Assembly: GCA_013239625.1 (NCBI GenBank)
Contig: MU055922.1
Span: forward strand, 11,870,080 to 11,934,079
DNA: 64,000 bases
Direction of reading: 5' to 3'
Source of the DNA: Lama guanicoe
Taxonomy: Eukaryota
The translations under genes and the position numbers were made by a program. A model generated the notes under the pieces. That model was not told the DNA's origin. It saw only the letters and a program-made list of their open reading frames with translations, and made no database searches. Shown one piece after another: positions 40,093-53,029 of this stretch. Positions within the stretch are counted from its first letter, which is position 1. Each line of letters starts with the position of its first letter.

Positions 40093-41788
40093 AAGGGAGC
40101 AAGATGGTAGAATAGCAGGCCCCTCATTTGTATCTCCTCACAGCAAAAATAATTTGGCAGCCAAATTACACAATCACAAACACAAGTGCCTTTGTGAAAG
40201 CTTTGAGATCAAAGTGGGAACTTGCAAAATCCCAGTGAAAGCCACAATCAAGGAAGGCTGTTTTGAAAAAGCAAATGCATGCTCAAGTGGAAGGTACACT
40301 GACCGTGATCCCAGCTACTTTGGAAATAGTCTCATCCTCTTATAGACTCAGCTACAGCCCCGCTTAACCTTGGTCCTGCCACTAGCACCATTTGACAAGG
40401 GACCCAAGATGAATCCCACCTGTCCATGACCCTGGAGGCTGACCTGCAAACCTCAGTCTGACTATGGACCTTAAAGCAGCCCCATAACTAGATCCAGCCC
40501 CATCCCAGCCATGGTCCAAGAGTAGTCCTGCCTGCTCAGGGGCCTGCTGACAGTCACACCCATTCATGCCCCGGAGGCTGGCCTGCAAGCTTTGGTCCTA
40601 CTACAGATTTTGAAGTGGCCCTGTCATCTAGCTCCAGCCCTCCAAACTGCAGTTCAGAAGCAGTCCTGCCAACTAAGGGACCTAGCCAGTGACCCAGGGG
40701 GAGCCCTCCAAAGGCCCAGATTAGAGTGACATCCATCTACATACCTCTAACAGGCTTACCATTTGCAAATCCAACTGTGAACCTTGGAGCGTACCATTAT
40801 CCCAGTGCCAGCTCTGGGACTGAGCAAGGTCTTGAAGGCAATTTCATCTTCCCAGGGACCAGCCAGGGTCTGTGCCCATCTGAGCCCCTGGCAAAAGGCC
40901 TGCCAACCACAGATGCTGCTGCAGGCTCAGCAGCAGCCCTTGTGATCTGGTTCCATGCTCATGCAACTGTGATCCTAGAGGCAATTCTATCAACCTGAAA
41001 ACCTGTCAGAAGAAGGTCTTTACCTGCCAAAATCTGTCCATAAAGACAGGAAGAGGGTGTTTGCTCCTTCAAATGCATAGACACCAACATAAGGCTACAT
41101 AAATCACAAAGAATCAGACAATACAACATCACCAAAGGGAGCTAATAAAGCTCCAGTAACCAATGAAAAAGAAATAGAGATCTACAAACTGCCTGACAAA
41201 GAATTTAAAATGATCATCTTAAAGAAGCTCAGTGAGGTACAAGATAATGTAGATAGACAACTATATGAAATCAGGAAAACAATGCATGAACAAAATAAGA
41301 AGTTTAATAAAGAAAAAACGCATCTGACAAAATTCCACATCCTTTCAAGATTAAAAACGCTCAACAAGTTAGGTATTTAAGGAATGTATATATACAATGG
41401 AATATTATTCAGCCTCAAAAAAGAAGGAAATCCTGCCATTGGCAACAACATGGATGAACCTTCAGGGCATCAGGCTAAGTGAAATATTCCAGACACAGAA
41501 TGATAAACACCACATGAGCTCACTTATATGTGGAATCTAAACAAGTTGAACTCATTAAAGCAGAGAGCATAATGGTGGTTTCCAGGGGCTAGCAGGTGAG
41601 AAGAACGGGGAGATACTGATCTGGATACCTGATACACAGTATGGTATATTACTATAGTTAATAACATTGTATTGTATACTTGAAATTTGTTAAGATAATA
41701 GATCTTAAGTATTTTCACCACAAAATTAAAAAAAAATAGTACCAGGTAATGTGATGGAAATGGTAATTAGCTTGATTGTGGTAATCAC

Positions 41789-41835
<47 letters not shown>

Positions 41836-41905
41836 AATCATTATGTTGTACACCTCAAATATATAAATTTGTTGATTATACCATAACAAAGCTGGAAAAA
41901 TGCCA
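40093..41905 (+). mobile_element. Internally deleted L1 (5'UTR, start of ORF1, short ORF2 piece, 3' end)
   Basis: Starts gggagcaagatgg; degenerate 5'UTR monomers; ORF1-like 41080-41310; RT piece 41311-41388; L1MA-like 3' end. Confidence 0.75.
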
Positions 41906-42449
41906 AAAAATGTCAAGGTATAGCACAAAATATATACATATCTGCCTTTTGTTAAAGGAGTGAGAGGATAATATTATTTATATGTGCAAGTCATATTTGC
42001 ATAAAGGTGCTCTGGCACGATATACATGAAATTAGCACAAGTGAATATTAAGAAAATGCAGGGAGGGTTAGTGAAGTTAATGTTGAGATAAGAATCCAGG
42101 ACTCTATAGCAATAGTCAGTACTTTTCATTGTATAAAAAAATGGATAAACTCTATCATGGAGTTTCTGCTTTTGTAAATGAAGGCAATAAAAAGGACCAA
42201 AGGGGAAAGTGGTTGCATTCATGTTGCTGCCCCTAAGTCATTTAGTGCAGTAGCTACAGAAAATTGGTGATGGCAGTTGGTTTACAACTGGCATCAGAAT
42301 TGGGCAGATAGTAGAAAGCATAGTGCAACAGCACAGAACTATGTCTAATAAAGACAGTAAAAGCTTCCTGGAATAGGAAAGTGCTTTTAGAGATTGAGAA
42401 ACACCTGGGAAGCCAATAGATATCATAAATTAAGCAATAAGAAAGACTT

Positions 42450-42785
42450 AATATTCTAATAAGCCAGAAAGAGAAAGAAAAATGCTGTATGATACTGCTT
42501 ACATGTGAAATCTAGATAAAAGGACACAGACGAACTTATCTACAAAACAGAAACAGACTCACAGACATAGAGAACAAACTTATGGTTACAAGGGGGTAAA
42601 GAGGGTGAGAAGGGATAAATTGGGAATTTGAAAGTTGCACCTCTTAGGGAGTGATGGAAATGTTAGATATCCTGATTGTGGTAGTGGTTTCACTGCTGCA
42701 TACATATATCAAAATTGTACATCTGAAATACGTATAGTTTACTGTACAGAAATCATACCACAATAAAGGCGCTTTTTTAAAAAAC
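42450..42785 (+). mobile_element. Two adjacent L1 3' fragments
   Basis: gaacttatctacaaaacagaaacagactcacagacatagagaacaaacttatggttac; then gtgatggaaatgtt...caataaag. Confidence 0.75.
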
Positions 42786-43139
42786 AGAAAGACTTAAGAA
42801 AAATTTGTAATGTATCTTATCCTTTCATCCAGGTAGACCTTTCCCCAGAGATAGTTAATGTCTACTCTAGCAACCAGAGTAACAGGAAGATCTAAGTAGC
42901 TACTTCTAACCATAATTATGATTTTATCAGTGGTGGAGGAGACAGATCAGAGGCTTCCAGTTTTCCAGCCAGAGAGAAAATATCAGGACTTTGCAAACCA
43001 CATGAAGTTTTTTAAAAAGAAAATTTAGCACTTTAGCTATTTCAAGAGCAGAACTTCTAAGCACAAGGGTTTCCCCATCCTATTTGGGGTCTCTACTTGA
43101 GAAGATAATTTAATTTTAAAAATTCCATTTCACTTTAAG

Positions 43140-43317
43140 AAAATATAGGTCTCTTCATTTGGATAATTTCTCAAACCAAATTGGAAAACATTATAAGAAG
43201 GTTGTCTACAAACAGTACCAAGATGAGTCCTTCACCAAACGCATCGAGAATCCCAATATCAAAGAAGATGGGCTCTTGGGCCCTGTTATCAGAGCCCAGG
43301 TCAGAGACACACTTAAA
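43140..43317 (+). CDS. F5: Factor V exon 8 (178 nt)
   Basis: [59 protein letters not shown]; acceptor tttaag. Confidence 0.95.
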
Positions 43318-44865
43318 GTAAGTAACAGAAATACAGAACCATGGAAGAAATTAAACAGTGACTAACAGGTTAAAAGTACTGGTTATTTATTTACTTTTTA
43401 ATGTGTCCACATAATTTTTAATTCAAATGCAGCTTTTTGTCTTTATTTAGTATTTGCAGTTATTATAGCCTATCTCATAATACAAAGAATCTGAGACAGT
43501 TTATCAAATCATAAAGGAATAAAACAAAGAGTTGATGTAACTGGGGTGAAGGATAATATGGAGACAAAGAAAATAAAGTCAAGGATAAATATAATGAAAC
43601 ACATCCCATATGCTCCTATAATGTTGTCTGCAAATCTTGTCCTAAGCTTTCTAGCAGCCAAGGTAAAAAATGGAAATAAGTCAGGGCAAAATTCACAGTC
43701 GTCATAAAAGAAGTACAATTTCCCCTGATACTAAGACTGAAAAGGAATTTCTCCCACGGATCCTTACAAAGAGGATGCTGTGTGATGTAATAGATGGGAT
43801 CCTTGATTAAAATCCCTACGACTGGTACAATACATTTAAAAGTTTGTAAAGCTTTTTAAGATAATGTTTCTTACTATAGCTGAGAGCATAACCCAATTGA
43901 ATGAAAGAAATCATCATCAGTGTAGTCTAGATATGTAGTTCTCTGATGATTGATCTCTGATGGAGGTAAATTTTGACTTACCTTTTGACATCAAGAGCAC
44001 TGAACCTTCTTCAGTTTTCCTTAAATGTTGCGTCACGTCATCACATTATCTTTTGACAAGAACTAGACAGCAGAGAATTGAAAGGCGCAATCTTTGGCAA
44101 GATACTAGAAAGCAGATAAGCTTCAGATTAAGGATGATTCAAATGCTTTGGCAAGCAACCAAGTAGAAGATAAGATTAAGGGTCTCTTTTGAAGCTTAAG
44201 GAGCCCAACTAGGACTCCTATGTGAATAAACTCCTCCCTTCACCTCTTCATAGAAATGAACTAAGAGGATGTCTGCAGACAAGGCCAATTCTGCTCATTT
44301 AAAGAATAACAAAAGGACAGAAAGCTGCATGTCTCTGTTTCTCTTTTCCTTTCCTCACTTCTGATCCTTTTTAGGTACTCTTAGCAAGTGTAAATATAGC
44401 TCATTGGAAATTCAGAATCTGTCTATTTATTTGTCATGCCCCATCAAGAAGATGGCTTCAAGGACAGAGGTTCTGGAACATCTGGCAGGCTGGAGAAGGG
44501 GATCATGGTTTAGAGAAGAGAAGGAGCAGAATCAAAGGCAGCTGTGGTCCTAGCTGAAAGGGGAGGGGAAGAGGGATGAGGACCAACTTGGAGAGGGTGT
44601 TACACTATGAGGAAAATGTCACTTCTAAGGTCAGACATCTCTTTCCATTTCTCACCTTACTGTGTGAGTGAAACTCTCTCAAATGCATCTGTCAGGTGAT
44701 GAGGAGAGGGGAGAGGTTGCCTCTCAGATAAACAAAATTAATTTGCATTTCACATTAACACACATACCCACATACCATCCAACAAGTGAATATACAAAGC
44801 TAGCATCCTCTATTCTCATGATTGACCTTAAATCATGAAATAATGAATTTGAGTTAATTTTGTAG

Positions 44866-45051
<186 letters not shown>

Positions 45052-45400
45052 TAACTTGTACAGTCAGGTAGTATGCATGGAGGGGCATCCTCAAAGTCAC
45101 AACCAAACACTGCTAACTTCAGAAGGATTTTGTTTACCCTACTGATTACAAAATATGGTGTCCTTTGTTTGTCCCATAGCGACCTCTAGTGGAGAAACAT
45201 CTAATAGCTACATGCTACCCAGAGTTCTACCAAGTGGAGCTTAATGTAAAAAGAATATTCCTTTCCCAATATTAATTGATACTAATGAGAGCTCAATTAT
45301 TTTTCATTCATTAATTAATTCACTCATTCATTATTTATTTATTTATTTTCATGAAATAATTTTGAAAATGAAAATAATTTTGACTATATTTTTCTTTCAG

Positions 45401-45612
45401 GCAGTAACACCATGATCAGAGCAGTTCAACCAGGGGAAACCTACACTTACAAGTGGAACATCCTAGAGTCTGATGAACCCACAGAAAACGATGCTCAGTG
45501 CTTAACAAGACCATACTACAGTAATGTGGACATTACACGGGACATTGCCTCCGGGCTGATAGGGCTACTTCTAATTTGTAAGAGCAGATCCCTGGATAAG
45601 CGAGGCATACAG
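45401..45612 (+). CDS. F5: Factor V exon 10 (212 nt; R506-equivalent CGA at 45601-45603)
   Basis: [19 protein letters not shown]...CKSRSLDKR|GIQ. Confidence 0.97.
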
Positions 45613-46716
45613 GTACTTTGTCCTTGAAGTAATCTTTCAGAAATTCCAGGAATTTCTTCTGACTGGAAAAGATTAGTTTCTCCTTGTTAAATAATGGGGC
45701 TTTTGCTTCTAGAGAACAGAAAATATTAAGTAGTCCTTTTTAACAGGAATGTAACAATGTTTATTTCTTTGGTTACCTTTTTGTCTTGTCTATTTTCCTA
45801 CGACTTCACTGGATAAGGCAACTCTACGGTGTGATACTGTATTTTTGTTTGTTTTTTTCAAATTGAAGATCTGTTGGTACCGGCTATGTGATGAGCAAAT
45901 CACTTAGCTTCTCTTAATTTCTTCCTTTCATCAAATGGATATTATCCCCTCCTAAAAATGTATAGGATTGTTCTGGGGCTCAATGAGATACCACCGGGTA
46001 AAAGTGTAAAGCTCTGGACTAATCCTTATTATTAGAGGTTATTTGTGGAGACCTGCAATAGGGGGAGGAGAGATACACTTGCGGTCATAGCTTCTTGTGA
46101 AGTTGAACTCGGACAATGGTCTACCTCTAGTGAGACTAAATTATACAGGAGAATGTGAACAAAGATATGGATCTTCTGACTTTATCTCCATTGAAGAATA
46201 GAAGTCTCACGTTATTAACTTAGAATTCCCAATTAGTCTTAGCTATAATCAAAACAGTCTCATCTGAAGGCATACAAAATATATGTCTAGAAAAATCAGA
46301 GCTAGACATTTGGAAGACCCTCATTTATTGAGCTAAGAAAGGAAGCAGGTAGGGAGAGGTATAAAACTTTCCTACTGAACTCTTCTCTTTCATCCTTTGC
46401 AACTATTTGGAGCACATCCAAGCATTCAGGTTGAAAGGTCTTCATTTATAGAGATAAGCAGAGTAACAGTTGCCATGTTGAAATGGGATTTTTCTGTTAG
46501 GATATTTTAGTCTGAATTTTCTGATCTGCCCTGTTTGCTTTTATATGCTACCTTTGGCTCTAACAAGGGCTCCATACACGATATGCACTTAGAGATGACT
46601 GAATTTTTTGGCTTCGTTGGCCCCAAGGGCTGTGCCCCTTTGGTTTCTGGGAACTCAAGTGTTGTATGTAATCGGCTAAGACATTACTCACTGACCACAG
46701 CACTTTTACCCACCAG

Positions 46717-46867
46717 AGGGCAGCAGACATTGAGCAGCAGGCTGTGTTTGCTGTGTTTGATGAAAACAAGAGCTGGTACATCGAGGACAACATCTACAAA
46801 TTTTGTGAAAATCCCGAGGGGGTGATCCGCGATGACCCCAAGTTTTATGAGTCAAACATCATGAGCA
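46717..46867 (+). CDS. F5: Factor V exon 11 (151 nt)
   Basis: [50 protein letters not shown]. Confidence 0.96.
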
Positions 46868-47715
46868 GTAAGTTGGAGCACTGTTTCTGCCCATCCGTTT
46901 TTCACTCCTGTGGTTGAAGTGTGACTGTGCCTAGAGGCAGAGATGTGAATTAGAATCCACTTACTTCTTATCTTCACTTTCAACGTAACGATTTGGTGAT
47001 GAAATTACTGGGTGATGTTATAGCAACCTTTTTTCACAGCAAGAGGTCAAAAGTTTGTTATCCTTAGATGTCTTCTTGGTCTCCTATTTCAAATATGTGT
47101 GTGTGTGCACATATGCACCTACTCTGAGCAGGGAAGACCGGGGTGGGGTGAGGGCTGGTGAGGGAAGAGGCTATAGGCCTTGGTCAGAGGTATCTGGGGA
47201 TTTTAGACTGGGTGCAGCGTGAATATTCTTTATGACCAGGGCAGAAATAAGGTAAGTAACCCAAAGCTAGCCTGTCAAATCAAACTAATGCAAAACGCAA
47301 CTCGGGAGCCAAAAGCCTTGGAGAGTCAGTCCACAAAGAGGTGTGAAGTGAGCGATAAGAAGTTCAGAAAAGAAGGAATGTCCTGAGCCAAAGTCCAGGC
47401 ATTTGTTGCAGTTTTAAAGTCAGTACCCAAAGCCACTGCTGTGGGAAGTCTGGGAGAGATTTCACTGAGCCAGCAGGAAGCCAACTTCTCCATGATGGTC
47501 GGGGGCCTTCCTCAGAGTTGAGAGTCACCATGATCACCTTCTCTGATAAGTAACCACAGAAATGAGGATGATTTCTCCATGGTCTGTTCATAGAGCTTCA
47601 GATGACTGACAAGTGGGGATTATCAGGCTTGGCAGAAAATGGTTTCAAACAGGGAGTTAGTCTCAGCTTTCTTGGCTTAATTTCATTTTGGCAGTGAATA
47701 TGTCATAGTTCTAGA

Positions 47716-48012
47716 CCAGTGCTGTCTGTCAGAAATTACATGAGCCAAAAATATAATTTTAAATGTTCTAGCAGACATATTAAAAATTAAAAAGAGATGA
47801 AATTTATTTTAATGTTTTATTTAATACAATATATCATAAATATTATCATTTCAAAATATAATAAATATTAAAAATCATTGAGTTTTGTCTTATTTCTTAC
47901 TAAGTCTTTGAAGTGTGTATTTTATACTCATAGCATGTCTCAATTCAGATTACCCATATTTCAAGTGCTCGATAGCCACTTGGAACTAGTGGCTACCATG
48001 CTAGACAGCACA
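47716..48012. mobile_element. MER33/MER3-type hAT transposon
   Basis: cagtgctgtc...catatttcaagtgctcgatagccacttgg...gtggctaccatgctagacagcacag. Confidence 0.8.
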
Positions 48013-48695
48013 GCTATCAACCATTTTAGAAAAGCTTCCTGAAGGAGGTATGAACTAAAAACACGTTATGTCAGTTATTCGATAAATCTTTAAGTCCTCA
48101 CTGGTACCAGGCATCGTCCTAGGACTAGGGCTAGTGCAGTAAACCAGACAGATGTGGACTCCGCCTCATAGAAATGTTATGTGTGATTTTATGACCATGC
48201 TTAATGTGTAAATAAATAATGAGACTGCCTAACGCTGTATCCCTTTGAAAGAGAAGGAAAATGTCTAAACTTGATACTTGAATGCCAATGATAGATTATA
48301 TAAATGCTAAGGTGGAGCAATAAAAATTGTCATATGTGTTAAATAGGCCTTATTTTTAGGGACATTATGTCTTGCTCAGTATCTCCTGAGTTGAGAAGAT
48401 GAATTTCTTATATTACGCTTTTCCTCCAGGTAAAATTACTCTAGGTAATATTCTAAGTTGATCTTCAGAATATCTTTAAAAGCAGAACCTCGAGTACAAA
48501 ATATTTGAGATACATTTAACAAATGAATAATTAAATCAATATGAATGAAAGACTTTATCTCTATCCTGATGTTTCTCCCTTGGCTAACTTAGGAGAATGA
48601 GCTCTCATTTGAAAAGTCTGAGTTTGATCTTCCAGTCACATGTTAGATTTGGGAAAGCTTATCTCAGAAAAGCTGCTTTGATACAACTCAATTAA

Positions 48696-49070
<375 letters not shown>

Positions 49071-49364
49071 TGATCCCTTGCAGGCTTTCCTCTCAATACT
49101 TCTCATGATCTTTATTTGGGGAATTAATTACTTAATGGGGTGTAGTCCTTTAATGTGGGTTCCATTTATCCTTCTTTGGGCTAAGTGAGAAGTAAAGACA
49201 CAACAGTAGAAAGAAGGCATGACTTTGAGGAGAAAGCATGGGTCTTCAGCCACTGAAGAGCGTTTCTTTTATCAGAATGCCTTTTTCAGTTTTTTAAGAT
49301 GGCCATCCCATCCTAGGGTCAGTGATCATCTGATATAGTGCCTTAGAGACTGGCCTCAGAGACA

Positions 49365-49590
49365 CCAGCGTCATGGAAAACATGTGGGCTTTGGAGTTCA
49401 TCAGACCTGGGTTCACATCCTGCTCTGCCCCTCGATATCTGTGTAACCTTAGACAAGTTACTCAACCTCACTGAGCCTCAGTTTATTCATCTGAAAAATA
49501 GAATAACAACACCTTACAGAGATGCTTTGACCATTCATTGTAATATATGCCAAGTGCCTAGGACTCAGTAGAAAATTAACATGTGGTAAC
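49365..49590 (+). mobile_element. MIR SINE
   Basis: ggctttggagt...cagacctgggttcacatcc...ctgagcctcagtttattcatctg. Confidence 0.75.
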
Positions 49591-50162
49591 TAGTGAAGAC
49601 TTCCCAGGAAATCTTCAGTGTGCCAGCAAATCATACTATTTCAAAGAGACTCAAAAATGCCCTGAATTATTTGTTACTTAGAAATATCTAAGTGTCTCTT
49701 ATTTGTCTGGATAAACATCATCACCCTCCCCCTAGCTCCAGCTGTCTGACAAAATGTGCAGCTCACAAGATGTTTATGATATTCAAAGTCCATTTCATTC
49801 TTGATACATCCTTGCTTAAGTATATTCCAAAATACTGACTCTCAATCTGTCTGTGCTGAAAGTTTTTTCTCTCTAATCTCCACTGACCAATACTTTTGGT
49901 CTATATTCTGTTAAATGATGAGTACACTGATCACATGCTTAGATGTCATAGAAATGTCAAATCGCTAAAAAGTTTCCTACGTACTTTACTCTTTCCTTAT
50001 GTCACTGTGGAACAGTAACCAACAGTTCACAGACCATTAGTGGTCCGCAGATCACAGTATCCCTGATGAAAGTTCACTGGAAATTACCTGCCACAATGGA
50101 CTGCTGGATTTTTATATCTTTTTCTGTACTTAGAGCTCTTGTTCTCTGTCTCTTTTTTGTAG

Positions 50163-52395
50163 GAACTTGGATGTTAACTACCATGAATTTCAATCGAAGA
50201 AGCAAAAAACTACGGCTGAGATTCAGGGACGTTAAGTGTATCCGGAATGAGGAGGATTCATATGAGATCACTTACGAATATTCAGCATCTACAGACATGA
50301 CTACAAGGAAAATGCATGATTCTTCAGAAAACAAAGATGAAGAGGATGATGCTGATTACCAGAACACACTGGCTTCATCATTAGGAATTAGGTCATTCAG
50401 AAATTCATCACTGAATCAGAAAGAAGAAGAGTTGAATCTTACTGCCCTAGCTCTGGAGAACAACTCTGAATTCATTCCTCCAAGTACCAATACAGCTGTT
50501 GGTTCAAATTCTTCTTCCCCAGGCAACATCAGCAGGCTCATTGTCAATAACTTTGCAGAATCTCAGAAAATGCTTCCTCACCCAGAAGGCACAACAGCTG
50601 GTCCTCACCTAGGACACCTTGGCTTAGACAAGACCTCAGTTCTCAACTCTCCCACAGCAGAGCATTCCAGCCCTTATTCTGAAGACCCTGTGGAAGATCC
50701 TCTACAGTCAGATGTCACAGGGATAAGCCTGCTTCCATTTGGTAAAAAAGGATTAAAAAGTCAAGAATATGCTAAACATAAAAGATTCAAGGCAGGAAGA
50801 GACCAAGCAGCAAAGCACAGGTCCTCCCAGATGGAATTCCCAGCGCATAAAACTGGAAGACATTTAAGCCAGGACAACATTCCTTCCTCCAGAATGGGAT
50901 CCTGGGAGAACCTTCCCAGTGATCTGTTACTCTTACAACAAAAGGATCCGTCTAAGATTTTGAATGGGAAATGGCATTTGGTTTCCGAGAAAGGTAGTTA
51001 TGAAATAATCCAAGATGCTGATAAAGACACAGCCATTGAAAAGCTGCCAAACAGCACCCAGAATGCCTCAAGGACTCAGGCAGAAAACATCCCTTTTACA
51101 AAGAAGCCTAGAAAGCAGAGTGATCACCCAGAGTTTTCTGTAACTAGACATAAGCCTCTACAAGAAAGACAAGATGAAGGAAATAGTAGATTGAAGAAAG
51201 GCCCTTTTTTAATTAGGACACGAAAAAAGAAAAAGGAAGAGAAATCTGCGCACCATGTTCCTCTATCTCCAAGGAGTTTTCGCCCTCTAAGTGGACAGTC
51301 CAACACCCCATTTTCAGACAGGAGACTCAGTCATTCATTGTTACTCCATAAGTCCAATGAAACATCTCTTCCAACAGACCTCAATCAGACATTCCCCTCT
51401 ATGAATCTTAGTCTGATAGCCTCACTTCCTGACCATATTCAGAACCCCACAAATGACACCAGTCACACAAGCTCCCCTCTGGATCTTTATCAGACAGTGC
51501 CCCCAGAGGAACGCTATGAAACATCCCCTATTCAAGACTCTGATCCAACGCACTCCTCTACTGTCCCCAGTCACAGATCTTTTCCTCCAGAGCCCAGCCA
51601 GGTACCCAACTATGACCTGAAAAACGAGGCCTTCCCAACTAATGTTAATCAAATGCTCCCCTCCTTGAAACCTGAAGTCTGGCAGACAGTCAATTCTCCA
51701 GAACTCAGTCAACCATCCCTCTCTTCAGACCTCAGCCAGACAACCCTTTCCACAGACCTCATCCAGGGGACTCTCTCTCCAGACCTCATCCAGGAGACTC
51801 TCTCTCCAGACCTCATCCAGGGGATTCTCTCTCCAGACCTCATCCAGACAACCCTTTCCCCAGACCTGGGTCAGATGCCCCTTTCCTCAGACCTCAGCGA
51901 GGCAATTCTCTTATCAGACATCAGTCAGACACCCCTTTCTCCTGATCTCAGGCAGACATCACCTCCTCTAGACCTTGATCAGACATCCTATACTTCTGAA
52001 TCTAGTCAGTCACTGCCTCCACTAGACTTTGATCAGATTTTCCCTTATCCAGATCTTGGTCAGATGCCATCTTCTCCACCACATTCTACACTAAATAGCA
52101 CTTTTATACCAAGGGAATTTAATCCACCAGTTGTAGTAGGACTCAGTAGAGATGATGGAGATTACATTGAGATTATTCCAAGGCAGAAGGAAGAGAACAG
52201 TGAAGAAGACTATGTTGAAGATTATTACGTGGCCTATGATAACCCGTACCAAACTGATCTGAGGATCAACATTAACTCCTCCAGAAATCCTGACAACATT
52301 GCAGCATGGTACCTTCGCAGCAACAATGGAAACAGAAAAAATTATTACATTGCTGCTGAAGAACTGTCCTGGGATTATTCAAAATTTGCACACAG
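50163..52395 (+). CDS. F5: Factor V exon 13 (2233 nt; end of A2, whole B domain, start of A3)
   Basis: Thrombin sites LGIR|SFR (50390), LSPR|SF (51272), WYLR|SNN (52316); basic region 51104-51241; acidic region 52157-52291. Confidence 0.97.
51683..52060 (+). repeat. F5: B-domain 27-nt (9-aa) coding tandem repeat, about 11 clear and 3 degenerate units
   Basis: QTTLSPDL[S/I/G]-type units; cagacctcatccag at 51753, 51780, 51807 and 51834. Confidence 0.93.
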
Positions 52396-53029
52396 GTTTG
52401 GCCAATTCTCTCCTTTTATATTCTCATTTTTCCACTACTGCTAAAAAAATGTAACTACAACAGTCCAAGGAGATAATTCTGGGCGAGTTATACTAAGTAT
52501 AATTTAAGCAAGTATAGTTCCCCTATTGCAACTTGGCCTATCCTATTTCCTTTGTCAATTCCAAGATTAGCTTCTCTACTTTAAGTGACATCTGGGCAAT
52601 GTAAGAGCAATCACTGTTAAGAAGTCTATGATATTTTGTAGTTAAATTAGCTCCCCTCATCTCTCTTCTTTTCTCACCACACATGTTCCTACACGTTCTT
52701 TTTGCCCCAGTGCAGAGCTGAACGTACCCATAGCCTTGCGAATCAATATGATTTCATTGAAGTTGGCTTCAATTCCAAATTTGTGATATAGAAATATCCT
52801 TTTGCAATTAACTTGTTTACCGAAAACATTTTTAAATTGTTTACTGATCATTGTAAAGTATAGAGCATCTTGGTGAAGTTTAATTCAAATTCCATGAGAT
52901 TCCAGTAATAGGAAATAAACTAGCTTAGAAACAAAAACCAAGTGTATACCCTCAACTGAGGCATTCAGTAGATAATGATTTATCTTGATTTAAACTTTTG
53001 TTTTAAATTGGTTTAAAGAATCACTCACT

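Noticed and set aside
46691-46700. Upstream CAG before the exon 11 acceptor
   Set aside because: Only about 5 nt from the likely branch point (ctgac), too close for efficient use; it would frameshift
50066-50162. N-terminal extension of the 792-aa ORF as an independent gene start
   Set aside because: Intronic read-through upstream of the exon 13 acceptor at 50162
51683-52060. CRISPR-like array
   Set aside because: Eukaryotic coding tandem repeat without unique spacers
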